This document shows, in pieces, positions 13,740-27,856 of a DNA stretch of 64,000 nt. The stretch spans positions 228,036,001-228,100,000 of the forward strand of contig OZ024740.1 of assembly GCA_964016885.1 (NCBI GenBank), given 5' to 3'. Position 1 is the stretch's first letter. Each line of letters opens with the position of its first letter. This stretch comes from Eledone cirrhosa. Taxonomy: Eukaryota. A model generated the notes under the pieces. It did not search any database. It was not told the origin of the DNA and saw only the letters and a program-made list of their open reading frames with translations. Position numbers and translations under genes: made by a program.

Positions 13740-14062
13740 TCCCTTGATCATGAATGACCATGGTTTTGTACCTAGAAAGTTCTCCTCTGAGGCACAAGCC
13801 TGGGTTAGGTGTGTTTGTGGAAGACCAGCAGTTGCCCATGCATACAAGTCTCCCTTCTTCACCGATGTTGTCCAAGGGAAAGGCAATGGCTGATACAGCT
13901 TGGCACCAGTGACATTGCAACTCATTTCTACAGCTGAGTTAACAGGAGCAACATGAAATAAAGTGTTTTGCTCAAGAACACAATGCACCACCCAGTCAGA
14001 GAATTGAACTCACAACCTTACGATTGTGAGACCAATGCTCTAACCACAAAGCCACACACCTT
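13740..14062 (-). mobile_element. tRNA-headed SINE, second family
   Basis: Reverse complement begins ggtgtgtggctttgtggttagagcattggtctcacaatcgtaaggttgtgagttcaattc (A/B boxes); related to 40972-41270. Confidence 0.7.
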
Positions 14063-16032
14063 CAAAAGCAACTACATTATACATTGCAACTTATATTTAT
14101 ATAATATATATTATCATCATTACCGTTTAACATCCATTTTTTCATGCGAGCATGTATATATATATATATATATATATCGATCAAAAAGATCCCAGACCTC
14201 ACTTGCTTACTGAATGGGGGTGAAACTCATCAAATTGAACTAAGGAAATGTTTCCATTGGTCTGTGCATTGCTGATATCTTCTGATCACAACTCCTGGCA
14301 ATGCAACTATATTGTATAGTAATTAAGTGAGTATGATTCATTGGAAGTACATATTAACTTCCAGAAACAAAAAAAGAAAGGGAGTTGAGAAAGAAGCCAG
14401 GCATTAAAGTGACTGTGTTAATATGAGGTGAATAAACAAATGAGATATGAAATGTGAAAGGATGAACATAACATGCTGAGTGGGTAATAAAAAAATATAG
14501 AATTGATGCTGAAATATTTTGTGAATAAACCAAAGAAATGTTATACTAAATAGCATTTAGATTGAACCAGATAAGATATGACACAGGATTAATATATATG
14601 AGGAAACATTTTATTGTAGATATGAAGAACTAAACATACCATCAAGTAAATAAAAAAAAAAAAATTTAAAAATACTTCGAAATAATGGTTTGTAATTTAG
14701 GCACACGAGGGGAGAGGAAAGACAATTAAATACACCCCAGTGTTTGACTGGTACTTTATTTTATCAACCCTGGAAGGATGAAAGGCAAAGTTGACCTCAT
14801 CAGGATTTGAATTCAGAATATAAAGAACTCTAATACTTAAAAGTATTTTGTCCGATGCTCTAATGATTCTGCCAATCCACCACCCTTAACACACATTAAA
14901 ATAGAAACAATAAATGTGGACTGTTTTGTGAAGAAATGGTAAGATGATATATATTAAAAACAATATAGGGTCTAAGCACTGTTTATAAATGGGCAATTCT
15001 CTTAAGAACAACTGTAAACTTTTTAAATTTCATGTTCAAGAAATAAATAAAATTTCTTGATGATGTTGTCGAAAATTAATCAAAACCTTAAAAGAACCTT
15101 CCAGAAATCGATAAAAATATCAGATACTTGATAATAATAATGATAGAGCTAAAAGACAGCCCTAAGGCGGGTAAATGTAGTGAAGATGGCTTGACTGAAT
15201 GGGCCTACTCTGAGCATGTGCCTATAGGCTAGAGAGTTCAGAGAGGAGAGGGGGATCTTTGTATGGTGCTCTAGTTCAGGTTAAATATAAAGTCAAAAGT
15301 GTTTCCCCAAGCCTAGAGGTTCATCAGGTTAGAGCCTACCCCAGTTTCATGTGTCAATTAAGTGACTGATAGTACAAGGCACTCCACCAGTTGAGTGGAT
15401 TGGAGCAATGTGAAATGAAGTATCTTTGTTTCTACTAATTTCACATGAAACAGAATGGTTTACTCATGAAATTAACATGAAAGTGGCTGAGCATTCCAGA
15501 CATATGTGTCCATAATGTAATTCTCATTTTTGCCAGCTAAGTGGACCGGAGCAATGTAAAATATAGTGTCTTGCTCAAGAACTTACTGCACCGCTGGTTA
15601 TTGAACTCATGACCGTATGATCATGAAACAAACAGCCTAATTACATACAAAGCCATGCACCTTTACAGTTATAAATGACACATACACATGTCATCATCAT
15701 TATCATCATTGCTTTTGCATCCATCTTTCCACATTGGCGTGGGTTAGATGGGATGTTCCGAGACAATGTTTTATAGCTGGATGCTCTTCCTGATGCCAAC
15801 CCTTTTAGTCGTCTCATGACACGCAAGGATATGGTATACCTATTCATAAAACAGGGATACACACAATCAAATTAGCTAATCTACTAATAATTATTTATCA
15901 TATTAAATATTTTTCCTTCACAATATAGATGATAGAAAAGGTAATAATTACTAAGGTGTAATTAAAAATGAATTAAGTAATTTAATCATGACATACCTTG
16001 AAATAAGCTATAAATTCATCATAGTCATAATA

Positions 16033-16087
16033 TCAGTAAAGTAGTGATGCAATGTGGATTTCTTGTGATAAAATCAATTGGAGAAAT
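16033..16087 (-). CDS. TINF2: TIN2-like gene, coding exon 7 (terminal; (R)FLQLILSQEIHIASLLY*)
   Basis: Acceptor aatttcag at 16088-16089; phase 2 matches exon 6; TGA at 16033-16035; donor AAG|GTATGT at 15995-15996. Confidence 0.55.
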
Positions 16088-16448
16088 CTGAAATTATTGA
16101 TACTATACAGTATTTAATTCATATTTTTATGATTGGTAGTCCTATCATCGTCATTTTAATGTCTGCTTTCCCTGCTAATATATCATATATATATTGGGTC
16201 CTAGGGGTATCACTAACAATTTCATTCTGATGTGTATTAATGCAAGTGCATTTGGTTCAGACCATCTCACTCTCCCCCTCGAAGTTACAGCTTTCCAAAT
16301 CGGTGCTGTTAATAATTTCATGGTATCGTGTGAAGTTAAGTTAAATTTAAACATTTTCTTTTTTACAAATATTTAGCTGTGAAGTATATTTGAGATATGA
16401 GGAGTCTATGTACAACTAGGCAGGTGACTGGTGATATGTGATATAATA

Positions 16449-17591
16449 CAGGGTTGCACAGTTCTTTGAGGACACATCTTTTAATAGCTCTAACCTTTAT
16501 CTAATTTGTTCTGATTATCATTTCTTTTTAGATATATGATAACAGACATAAAGCTAACTCAGCAAATGAAAAGGCACATTGTAATCATTGCATAAAAGGC
16601 ACAGCATAGTAATTTAGAGATTGCTTGTTTCCTGAATGTTGCACGGTTGTTTGTTGTGTTGTCAAAGCCACTGACGGGAATTTTACAGCAGTAGCCAAAT
16701 GTAAAACGCCTGCTATGGGTCCTAATACCATTAGAATACCTAAATTTACGAAAGGTGCAGAAAGTCAATTAATGCCATTGCTAAGAATTTCAAGGTCTCA
16801 AAGCACACTTTGCATGAGGAACTTTGATGCAAGTCATATGTGATGCCAATTCATGTCTGATCTGCACAAAGTGCTTGTTGAGCAAGTTGAAACATCAAGA
16901 ACCTGAAATGCTTTGGTTTTTCTGATGAAAAAAACTTTGATCAGGACCAAAAGGTTAACTGAAAGAATGACAAATAGTTATGCAGAGAACCTAGAGATGT
17001 TCTAACAGTCATGCACACAAAGTTTCTGGTAACTGTGATGGTTCTGGGAATTTTGAGCAACGAGGAAGATGTCATGACTCATCACTTCTTTCTTTATGGC
17101 TTAAGAGTCAATGCTGATGACTATAAGGTGTTGTTGAGGGTATGAGGCTTTGGATAGAGAGTGTAAACAAAGGAAGGCTATACATCTACCAAGACTCTGT
17201 GACATCTCATAAAGCTAAGACAACCCAAGAATGGGTGAGTTACAATCTCCATGATCATGTCACCTCAAATATATGGCCTCCTAACTCTTCAGACCTGAAT
17301 CAGTTGGACTACTACATATGGGACATAGTCGGGAGGCAAGTCAATCAACCGCTGCTTAACACTATAAAATCTCTGAAGTCTGTCATAACCAGAACAATGT
17401 CCAAAATAGATAAAGATCATCTGATTTCGGCATATCAATGTTTCAGACTTCATACTGAAGCAAGTAGATGCATCAAGAAGAATCTCAAGATTATTCATGC
17501 TAATTCTTTTCACAAATAAAGGTTTTCTTTCACGACTTGTGTGTCTTTCACTAAACTGATGCAAATGTCCTCAAATAACTGAGCAACCCTG
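16449..17591 (+). mobile_element. DD37D (maT) mariner-like transposon, defective, intronic
   Basis: TIRs cagggttgcacagttctttgaggaca / tgtcctcaaataactgagcaaccctg flanked by TA; FSDEK; 37 residues between YQD and WPPNSSDLNQLD in ORF 17142-17519. Confidence 0.92.
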
Positions 17592-17970
17592 TATTTCCTT
17601 GTTTATTTCATTTTGCCTTGTTAGTGTCATGAACAAATTTCATTCATGAAATGTGTATAACCAATTTGATAAATTTGGAAAGTTATACCCGTGAAGAAGA
17701 GATGAACTCAGCATCAATTAATTATACAAGGCTATTAATATTAATTACAGGATTGAAGAGTTGTATCACCACCTTTTGGTATTTATTTACATATAAAAGG
17801 ACTGGACTTGTGAGTTACTAGTGGAAAGTGTCGTAAAAACTACCATGAAGTATTTGGAAAATCAAAATTATACTATGGTATATGTCATGATTGTTTGTTT
17901 TGGGCAACAATTCAAAGAGAATTGTTATAAACAAGGCTTAGACCAACCATAAAAGAAGTACTCCTGCTAC

Positions 17971-18206
17971 CTGGTCAGATTAATATGGTGGTCAATTGAT
18001 GGTACTTCTTCTGGATCAAGGGGGCATAACAGACTGAGCATACGTAACAAATCCTGTTCTTTGAACTTTAAAGTCTCTTCTTCTTTTGTTTCTTCTGATT
18101 CTTCATTTTCTTTTTGATGGTATTTAACGTCACATATAAAATCCAACAACATTTCTGTTTCGGGAGATAAAATGGGTAAAGCCTGGAAAGTGTCAGAAAC
18201 CAAAAG
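17971..18206 (-). CDS. TINF2: TIN2-like gene, coding exon 6
   Basis: Acceptor ttttcacag; donor CAG|GTAGC; open frame LLVSDTFQALPILSPETEMLLDF..EESEETKEEE..HINLT; phase 0 in, phase 2 out. Confidence 0.8.
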
Positions 18207-20290
18207 CTGTGAAAATAAGAACACAAGAAAAACATTTGAAATTTAATTTTCTCTTTATTGAACTGTTTCGCCAAGGAGAGATGGACAGTGCTCATGACAC
18301 TTTTTCAGGGCATCTGAGAGTGATGGCAGGAAGTTATCCTCAAACTGAGACCTAGCTCAAATGCTTGCACACAGTTAGGATATTACTAAAGGCAGCCAAG
18401 ATTAAGGATTGTTGTTGATGGCAATGGATTAAATAAACTGCAGAAATAGGCCAGTGAAATTTGTAAACAGAATGTGTAGGTGTCATGACAAAAAGCACCC
18501 AGTCCAAGCTGTAAAGTGGTCATGTAGGTGACACGGCAAAAAGCACTCAGCTGTAGAAACCAAGCCCAAATCAGTTCTGTGTGAGTTATTCATGGTCCCC
18601 TAGCCTTATCCCTCACAAAGGGACAGCCCATCCTACCCTTGTTAGTGTGGAAAATGGATGTTAAACTATGATGATGATGAATGTATCTTCAAACCAAAGG
18701 ACCAGCTCTTATTGTTGGCAACCAAGAAGACTGTTAAAGACACCCAAGGGTTAGGTAGTGGTGTTGAACTGGGCAATGCATTAAGTCTACCAGAAAAAGT
18801 AGGCCACAGTAGGATTTGAACAAAAAATGTCGGAACAAATACAGCAAAGCATCTTGGCTGACACTCTAATAATTCTGCCAATCTACTACCTTGGACTAGT
18901 AGTCGTTAACTAACAATGTTCATACCTTTTCTTAGGATATTAGCAATGTAAGTAGAATGGCTAAAACGTGGAATTAAAACAGGATTGTTCACTCGATTTT
19001 CTGAAAGCTTAACTGTACTTTGTCTATGGCAGTTTAATCATCATCATCATCATCATTGTTGTTTTAATGTTCGTTTTCTCTGCTAGCAAAGGGTTGGACA
19101 TGTCTACATAGACCAAGTCAATACTGAAGTGGGGCTACTGACATCTCACTTATGTACAGTCTCACATTCTACCGAGTGCACAAGAGAGGTTGTTATGTCT
19201 TTGACACAACCCTTTGTTTGGCAAGCTTTCTATGGTTGGATGCCCTTCTCATCACCCACCACTTTACAGCATGTACTGGGTGCATTTATCGTGTAGGTCA
19301 CCAATACTAGGGAGGCTGTCATCCTTGACATGACTGAGGGGTTCTCCCAGCCCTAGTCTTACAGAGGACAAGGCAACCTCTATTGTGTCACATTAAATGC
19401 ACTCTGTATTTTCTGTAAAGTGATTGATGATCAAACAAAGGCAGCATAGGGTAGAGAAAACAGCTTAGTTGTGTTGAGGACATGATAACTTCTTTTGTGA
19501 TGGTGCTATGATAAAACGTATCCAGTCATCACCAGCATTGCTTTTATGTCTCTTTTTCCATTTAGACGAGTCCTCTTCAGTATAATTTCTCTCTACATGT
19601 TTATTTTCTCTTGTCATCTCCTTTGTAAGATTCAGTATCCTGTGATCAGACTTCACCACTTCTGCCCAGGTCTTCCTAAGTTTTCCTCTTTTGAAGCTTC
19701 CTTCCACTTGTAACTCCTGGCACTTCTTCACCCAACAACCATCATCGGTGTGTATTACATGTCACTTTCAATACAATCTTCTCTCCTGCACACCTCGTAT
19801 GACTCCTCTTATACCCAGTTTTTCTTTCAACTCATCAGTACTTTGTCGTTCATGCTCAGTAACATTAAACAATCCACCTGTTGAAATCATGCCCCAAATG
19901 GAACATATGAATGAGACATTGATAAAATAAAGTACCAGTTCAGACTTGATGCCTTGTAGTACTTGTTCTGGCTTTATGCATTTAAGTTCAAATCTTGCTG
20001 TGGCTTATTTGGGCTGTTGACTTAATTTGTCACCTAATTTAATACCACCACCTGGCTCTTCTGTGCCTTTAGCAGAGTCCACTCTGTAGCAAACATTTGT
20101 GCTACCCCGGTTTGAGTATATCTTGCTCTCTCCCTTGAAACAGTCATGGAAGCCCTGACATTGGTTATTTGCACTGCCCTTCTTCCTCAGGTTTAACTGT
20201 AAAAAATTTTTTTAAGGATAAAAAAAAAAATCACAAATAAACCAAAAGATTATAGTAGCTTTTATAAAAAATAAAACAAAAAAAACTCAC

Positions 20291-20494
20291 CAGATCTATG
20301 ATTGGAGGGCCCAGGTGAGCTTCTAAGCTGTTTAAGAATTTGTCAGTTAAACCCTTAATGTCCTTCATGAATTCAGCACCAAAGTCTGAATTATATTCAT
20401 TATTCAAATATGATATTCTTTGGTTTTTGTTGGCAACGAGTGAGAGGAAAAATTTACGGAAGTTCCTATACTTTTCCGATAACTGTTTATTTTC
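20291..20494 (-). CDS. TINF2: TIN2-like gene, coding exon 5
   Basis: ttcttgcag|GAA ... CTG|GTGAGT; NFRKFFLSLVANKNQRISYLNNEYNSDFGAEFMKDIKGLTDKFLNSLEAHLGPP resembles the C-terminal helices of TINF2_N. Confidence 0.85.
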
Positions 20495-21329
20495 CTGCAA
20501 GAAAAACAATTATGAGAATGTTACAAAAAGTTTTAAAAGAAGGTCAAAATTATTCAAGCTTTACTTTTGGGTTAGGGAAGAGACTGGAGTTTTAACATGA
20601 AAACAGAAGCAAAACCCTAACTCTAACTTCTCTAGCAATAGTAACATGACCAAAATGTATCTTGTACGTTCTGTAAAGTGGTTGATTTAATGAACCCTAG
20701 TATTTTGAGTAGAAGGGCCAGTGTTATGACATATAGCATAGCATGCTTCAAGCATTTTAAACATGGTGGCACTCATCACTCTCACCACAGGCACGGATTT
20801 CTTCTTCTTCGAGAGATTTGACCTCGATTATTGAACTGTTAGTTTTTCAGACAGTTGAATTAAATACCACAATTGAACCTATCTGTCATCCTAACAGCTC
20901 TGCCTTACTTAGTAAAAAAGAAGACCGGTAGATAGTATCAATAATTGAAAAACCAATGGAAACATTTAATGAGTTTCACCCCACTTGGTAAATGAATAAG
21001 GTCTGGGATCTTGTTGATCGATAAAAACAAACTCAAACAAACAAGGCAACTACAGGTGAAAGCACACAAACTATGTTCTCTTTTCTCTTCACCCATTTAT
21101 TCCTGGGACGATCGTGAGGGCAGAGTCCTCAGCAGATCCTGTCAAAAGCAACCATCTCCACCTGATCCGGCTGGATCCCCAAGTGTAATCAGCTAAGCTC
21201 ATGAATGTTATCCAACCATCTTGCTTGGGGTCTACCCCTGGATCACCTACCTGATGGTTTCACCTGTAAAATCTGTCCAGCGATTCTTTCATGAGACATT
21301 CTAACCACATGCCCATAGTGTCGGAGCTG

Positions 21330-21610
21330 TGACTGGGTGCTTTCTTTTGTTGTGGCATTAGAACAACCACCTTACAGGGTTGGACTATGTGCTTTGTTGT
21401 TATGGCATCAGTACTATCACCAACAGGGTGAACTGGGTGCTTTTTGTCATGTCACCAGTATAACCACCTCATAGGGTGGACTGGATGCTTTTTTGTCATG
21501 GTGCCAGAATGACCACTTTACAGAGATGGATTAGGTGCTTTTGTTATTGTGGCACCAGTATTATTACTGTACAGAGTGTACTAGGTGCTTTTTGTCATGG
21601 TACCAGCACT
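21330..21610. repeat. Degenerate tandem repeat of about 46 bp (about 6 units) derived from an RTE/SINE 3' segment
   Basis: Recurrent ggactgggtgcttttttgtcatggcaccagt..accaccttacagggt; similar at 26570-26710 and reverse-complementary to 7530-7610. Confidence 0.65.
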
Positions 21611-21742
21611 GTAGGAGTGAGTCAGGCTTTCTATGCATATATGAGTTGGACAAGAGGAGTGTATCAGGCAGTGGTGAAGTATATTCTCAGCATCGTTAAA
21701 TTTAGATACAAACAGCTGATGTGAGAGTAAAGTAAAACAGAC

Positions 21743-21826
21743 CTTAATGGTAGGCACTCGGGGGAAATAGGTATTCAATTTCAGCAGAGAGTTGTTGATG
21801 TTGTTTTCAAGTTCATAGAATAGAGA
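21743..21826 (-). CDS. TINF2: TIN2-like gene, coding exon 4
   Basis: ttctttaatttcag|TCT ... AAG|GTCTGT; 84 nt, phase 0/0; SLFYELENNINNSLLKLNTYFPRVPTIK (cf. LKALNHHFP in human TIN2). Confidence 0.82.
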
Positions 21827-22225
21827 CTGAAATTAAAGAATAATTAAGTTAATATTAACATTTTTATTAACATATTCCTGATGACAGCCAATGCCTATGA
21901 TTTTCAAATAATTTTGAAAATTAGCAAGAATTTGGAAGGATTCATTAATTTAACTAAATGTTTCGTTATTGATGTGGTGTTTGAAACAAAGGTTTTTACA
22001 CAGAACTATGGATAGAAGGTTTTTAAATAAATATCATTTTAAAACATTTTCGTATTGTAGAGCCAGAAGTACTTTCAGGTGGTCTGATATCAAAAGGGCT
22101 AACAAAATTAATCAGTGAACATCAACATTATATCTAGAAATACAGGTATACCTCACCGTACCTTGTTAATTGGTTCAAGAAGTTAAAACTGAAGTTGAAA
22201 AAAAAACAAATGTCAAATTACCCAC

Positions 22226-22310
22226 CCGTGTACACTCGGATATAAGCCGACCCCAATTTTATGTCTGAGAAATAGGCAAAAATGTAAACCCCATTTATAA
22301 GCTGAGATAG
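22226..22310 (+). mobile_element. pogo/Tigger-like MITE terminus
   Basis: ccgtgtacactcggatataagccgaccc..ctgagaaataggca; second copy at about 28468-28540. Confidence 0.5.
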
Positions 22311-23396
22311 GTAATCACCATGAACTTCTCAGGAATAAATGGGAAGAGGAGAAAGAAGAGAAGAATAGGTACTAAGGGATCACTTGACCTGCTAGGAAAA
22401 CTGTTAAACCATATCTAACTGTCTTTAAAGAGGCACATTGAATAATGTAATCTTAAATAATCTCAAGAGAGGCTTCTGTTTTATGAGGCCCTGGATTTTT
22501 ATCTTGAAAGTTTCTCTTTAGAGAGCAGGTCTGGGAAAGGGCTTTTGTGGAAATCCAACTCTCATGCAGGCATGCAAGTTTTCTCTCCTCATCACTCCAG
22601 GAGAACGGCAAGGGCTAATACAGCTTGGTCCTCAGTGTCCTCTTAGGCAAACTGAGAATGCAAAAATACAAAGAAGACAGCACAAGGCATCACGTCTGAT
22701 GCAGTAACAATTCTGAGAAACCACCGCTCTTGTATTTTATTTAACAACTCAAAAGTGTTTAAGATTCAGAAGCATGAAAAATGGGAGTGAGGATAAAATA
22801 CTTAAATAATACTGCAGAAAGATTTTAGCGAAATGAATAAAATTCTACAAAACACCAATAAATGAAAATTAACACAGCCAAACCCATACATTTTATGGAA
22901 GCTTGTGCATCTAAATCCCCTTTTGTCTTTTATTTTAAATGTCCCTCTCATCCCATTCCATTTTCTATATTAATTTTATAGCGTTATTGTCTATGATTGC
23001 TTGATCTGATAGAAATAGCAAAATGGATATAATGTAGTCATAAACACACTGTCTGAATAAAAGATGTGATGGCCACGACTGGAAAGTCTTTGATCATAGA
23101 GCTGTAGCTACGTAGCGCAAGCTCAAACCGATGTAAAAAAAGATATTAAAGAAATCATGTACAATGCAGGGGAGATAACCCTATTACAACTAAATATCTA
23201 AGGGAGATAATTCCCATTTTATTATATTTCGTTGTAAAAGATTGATTTGAATTTAAACGTTGAAGAAAGTAGAGGTTATATAAAAGACACTCGTTAAAGT
23301 GAAGTGGTATCGAACACGAAAATACGCGTTTGCAAAGCAAACTCCTTAAATACACATCCTCCCTGTGCTTTTTATCCTTCCCTCTTTTTTTCTTCT

Positions 23397-23625
23397 TCAT
23401 CCACTTATTCCTGAAAGGGTCGCGAGGCCAGAGTCCTCAAACACTCCTTCCAGAAGCAACTGTCTCCAATTGACCTGGCTGGATCCCCAAGCTTGACCAT
23501 CCAAGCTCACGGATGTTTTCCAACCATCTTTCTCGGGGTTTACCCCTGGGTCTTCTGCTGGTTGGTTTTGTCCGTAAGATCTTCCAGCGATTCTTTCTTG
23601 AGACATTCTAACCACATACCCTTCC
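23397..23625 (-). mobile_element. LINE (RTE-type) 3' fragment
   Basis: GYVVRMSQERIAG..RPRGKPRERWLE-like C-terminus; related copy at 21100-21330. Confidence 0.6.
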
Positions 23626-23688
23626 AATGTTAATAAACTAGTCATGTTTATTACAACATATCAGTTTTTTTAAAAAAATGTTTATTAT

Positions 23689-23723
<35 letters not shown>

Positions 23724-26148
23724 CATTTTTCCATGTTACTATATAAGTAAAAGTTTCGGCATCGTTTTTACGTTTGCTTTAACATGCTGGCATTTTTGGT
23801 AATTTTTTAAATTTCAGTTGGGCGGGCCCCTTTCCTGACACCAAACCCTACTTAATAAGTATGGTATATAATGCTAATGTTTGTTGAACTAAAACGCTGT
23901 AGGACGTATTGTTCACGTGAGACATAAACCAAAGCTACAACTTGCATTAAATGTTAATATGAAGCTGCATATGGTAAGCTGACGCACACACACATATGCC
24001 TTTCATCCTTTCAAGGTAAAAAAATACCAGTCCAATACTGAGTTCGATTCTTCCTCTCTACTCTTTGTCACTTTCTATTCTTCTCTGGAAGAAATCTGCT
24101 GTACTCAAGTCTGGAGAGGGATGGGCTCCGCCAGGCTTTAAACAATGCCCAAGAAGTGCTGTATGTCACTACGGCACCCCTACGACTTCATCAGGAGTTA
24201 CAGGATAAAAAGGAAAAGGAATATATATATATATATGACAGGCTTCCTTACAGTTCCCGTCCACAAAATTCAACTCGAAGCTATAGGTAGAAGACACTAG
24301 CTCAAAGCACAATGCAGTGTGATGGAACATGAAGCCACATAGTTGTGAAGTGAACTTCTAAACCATACATAATATTTCTAATGAAAGACGTTGAGTTTTA
24401 AATCATTTTGTAAAATAATCAAGGTTTCGGAGAAATTTGGTGATGTAATTTTCCCATTATTTAGCTGGTATTTGGAACATAACTTAACCAGGATTATTAT
24501 GAAATTATGATGGAAAGGTTTTAGATAGTTAGTGTTAGGAAGGGCACCAACCATAGAAACCAAGTCAAAATACAGATCCATATAAGTAAGACATGGTCTA
24601 CTGACTTGAATTGTCTCATAATTCGACAACCTGTCTAACCCATGCAACTGTGGAAAATGCATGTTAAACGATGATGATAAACACTTTAAAATAAAGTTTT
24701 GTATTATAAAACCAGAATCAGTTTCAGATTGTTTAGTAGGAAAAGGGTTCCTACTCCCACTGAAACTACTTGTTTCTTCTCTTTATACTCTCACTCATTC
24801 ATCTTGATTCTTCATCATCATCGTTTTAATGTCCGTTTTCCCTGCTAGCAAGAGTTGGATTGGTCTACATAGACCAAGTCAGTACTGAAGCAGTGGTTAC
24901 TGATCTGTCATTTCGTCTAGAATATAGAAAGACGATATAGAATATTTAACACTCTTTAATCTTGTGTGATACAAGACAAACTCACTAGTGATGCTGCTAT
25001 GATAAAATGTAACCAGAAAACTGTGTAAAGTGGTTAACAATCAAATACAGATGAAGTAAGGCCATGAGAACTTTTTTAATCTCCCCAAGGATATAACAAT
25101 CTCTAGTGCTAGCATCACAACAAAAAGCACCATGTACACTCTGCAAAATGGTTGGTGTTAAGAAAGGTATATAACCCTAAAAACTATGCTAAGCTGGAAC
25201 CTACAAGCAAGACAATGCTTCTCTAACACATTTGGAAGAGCAGTAACTTTGAATCGACAACATATCCAATGTATGCCAGCATGGAAAAATGATGATGGCA
25301 CTAGTAAATTACTGGTATTTATTTTATAAACTCAAGAGTAATGAATGCTTGTTGTACATCAAATTTTGAAGAATTTGGTGAGGTATGAACTGGTGATGCC
25401 CCAGTTAGCTGCCCAGTACTATATTGAGTTGGTTATCTATGTTCTCATGCCTTATATTACTGGTACTCTAATGAGGAAGCCTCTACTTGGTAGATTCATC
25501 TGCTAAATCTTCCTCATATCACACCCATACCCTCTTAAAGGTACACTGAGTAATGCAATCCTTAGGTACAATACGGCTGAATAAAAGACAGGATGGCCAC
25601 AGCTGGAATATGTTTGTTCAAGAGTGTATCTGCTCTATTAAGGTCTTATAACTTCTGAGGGAGTCATATGGGCACTGTACTAACATACAGTGTTTCTAGG
25701 GCATTTTAAAACCTGGTGAAGCCCAATCATCTCTAGGTCTGAATATAGCAGATTTCTTCCAGAAAAGGATAAGGAGTGAAAGAAAGGAACTGAGAAAGCA
25801 ATATAGAGGAAAAATAAACCCATATACTGGTACTTTTTTTTATCAACCTCAAATAGACAAAAGGCAAAGTTGACCTCAGAGAGCAGAGAGCCAAATCAAC
25901 TACCGCAAAGCATTCTAATGACTCTGCCAATTTATATATACACACAAAAGTTTTATGCTGCTTCCATTTACAAAATTGGTTGGCCTGAGGCTATAGTAGA
26001 AAATTATTTGCTGAAGCTGTCACACAATGGGACAGACCCCCAAGATCAAGTTAGTTGCAAAGCAAACTTCTTAACCACAACCATGCTTGTGCTTTTCCAA
26101 TATTAAAAAAAAATGTTGTAAAAAAGAAAACAAAATGAATCAACTTAC

Positions 26149-26360
26149 TTTTATTTTGAAACCAGTAATCAGTTGACTGTATACACCACTGTTATTTAGG
26201 TTTTCTGGAATATCTTTATATAACTGTTCAATGATAATTATGACAGTGTCGAAACATGAAAGCTGTTCTTTATGTACAATGAAGTAGATGGTGGAACAAG
26301 CAATTCGTGATTGGCAGACATCCAATGACTCCAGCTGACCACTGGTTCGTTTGCTGATAT
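26149..26360 (-). CDS. TINF2: TIN2-like gene, coding exon 3
   Basis: Long pyrimidine tract + aag acceptor; donor AAA|GTAAGT; SRIACSTIYFIVHKEQLSCFDTVIIIIEQLYKDIPE..YSQLITGFKIK aligns to the start of TINF2_N. Confidence 0.85.
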
Positions 26361-27856
26361 CTTAGAGAGAAAAAGAAAAATCAATATACATCATCATATA
26401 TACACATATATGTCATCATCATCATCATCCTTAAATGTCTATTGTTCTATGCTTGTATGGGTTAGATGGGTTGACATGTTACGAGTCAAATCAGATAGGT
26501 GACTATGTCTTGCTCCTATGGATCTGTATTTTGGTTTGGTTTCTATGGCTGGATGCCCTTCCTAATGCTAACCAAGTTACAGTGTGGACTAGGTGCCTTT
26601 TATTGTGGCACCAAAACGACCACCTTACAAAGTGGTCTAGGTGCTTTTTCTGTTGTGGCACCAGATTATCATACAGAGTGGACTTAGTGTCTTTTTGTCA
26701 TGGCAGCAGCATTGTGGGAGAGCAGATGTGATAAAAAAAAAAGTCATTCAAACAGTAACAACATAAGATCGGGAAGACTCTTCAGTCATTCCAAGCTCTC
26801 TAGTGTTCGTGCCAAAAGAAAGTGCATAGTACACCCTGTAAAGCAGTTGGTGTTAGGAAGGATGCTCATCTATACAATTTAAGACCAAAGAGTAGTGAGG
26901 ACTCTTCAGTTATATCAAAGACATGAAACTTTCCCTAGCGCTGGTGTCATGATAAAATGCACCCAGTACACTCTGTAAAATGAATGCCCTCCAACTGTAG
27001 AAATCCTGCCAAAATAAAATGAATATGACACAGGCAGCCCTGTATCACCCATTCTGGGAAGGGGAACAGTAACTCCAATTGAGTCTGTAATGAGCCATCC
27101 AACCCATACTAACATGGAAAAGTGAAGCTAAAATGATGATGATATGACAAACTCCTATCATTAAAATATGCAAAAAAACCTCTTATGAGATATAACCTCA
27201 TAGGTGGGTAGCTAAACCCACAGAGGTGTAAGCCACCGTGATGCGATTTCTAATTTAGGCACAAAGCTAGCAACTTTTGTGAGAAAAGGAAATTGGTTAA
27301 ATTGACCCCAGTGCTTTATTTTAGCGACCTCAGCAGGATGAAAGGCAAAGTTGACCATGGCAAGATTTGAACTTAGATTATAAGACCCAGAACAAATACT
27401 GTTAAGCATTTGCCTGACGCTCTACCGATTCTGCCAATCCAATAACAACAACAACATCAATAAAGGTAAACATGACAGGATTGGGCCTCCTCTATCATTA
27501 AAACATCAAAGAAACCTCCTATGAGATGCAACCTCATAGGTAGCTGGCCACTGTAATAACAGCAACATCAATAAGAATAAATATGATAGGAATGGGTCTC
27601 CAATATCATTAAAACACCCAAGAAACCTCAAACATATACAAATGTGAGCTGTAGCAACAACAATATTAATAAACATGTAGCAGTGTATAGTTAAAAAAAC
27701 TTATATTCCGTGATGTTGTTATTTAGTCCCAGGTCAACTGTGATAGAGTAGATGTATATCTCTGATCAAAGGCATTCTACCTGTGACCATTCTATCAGTT
27801 CAGAGCTTAATCAGGTTTCCACTGAGAGGATAGGACACCCCTTCATGGATGGCATC

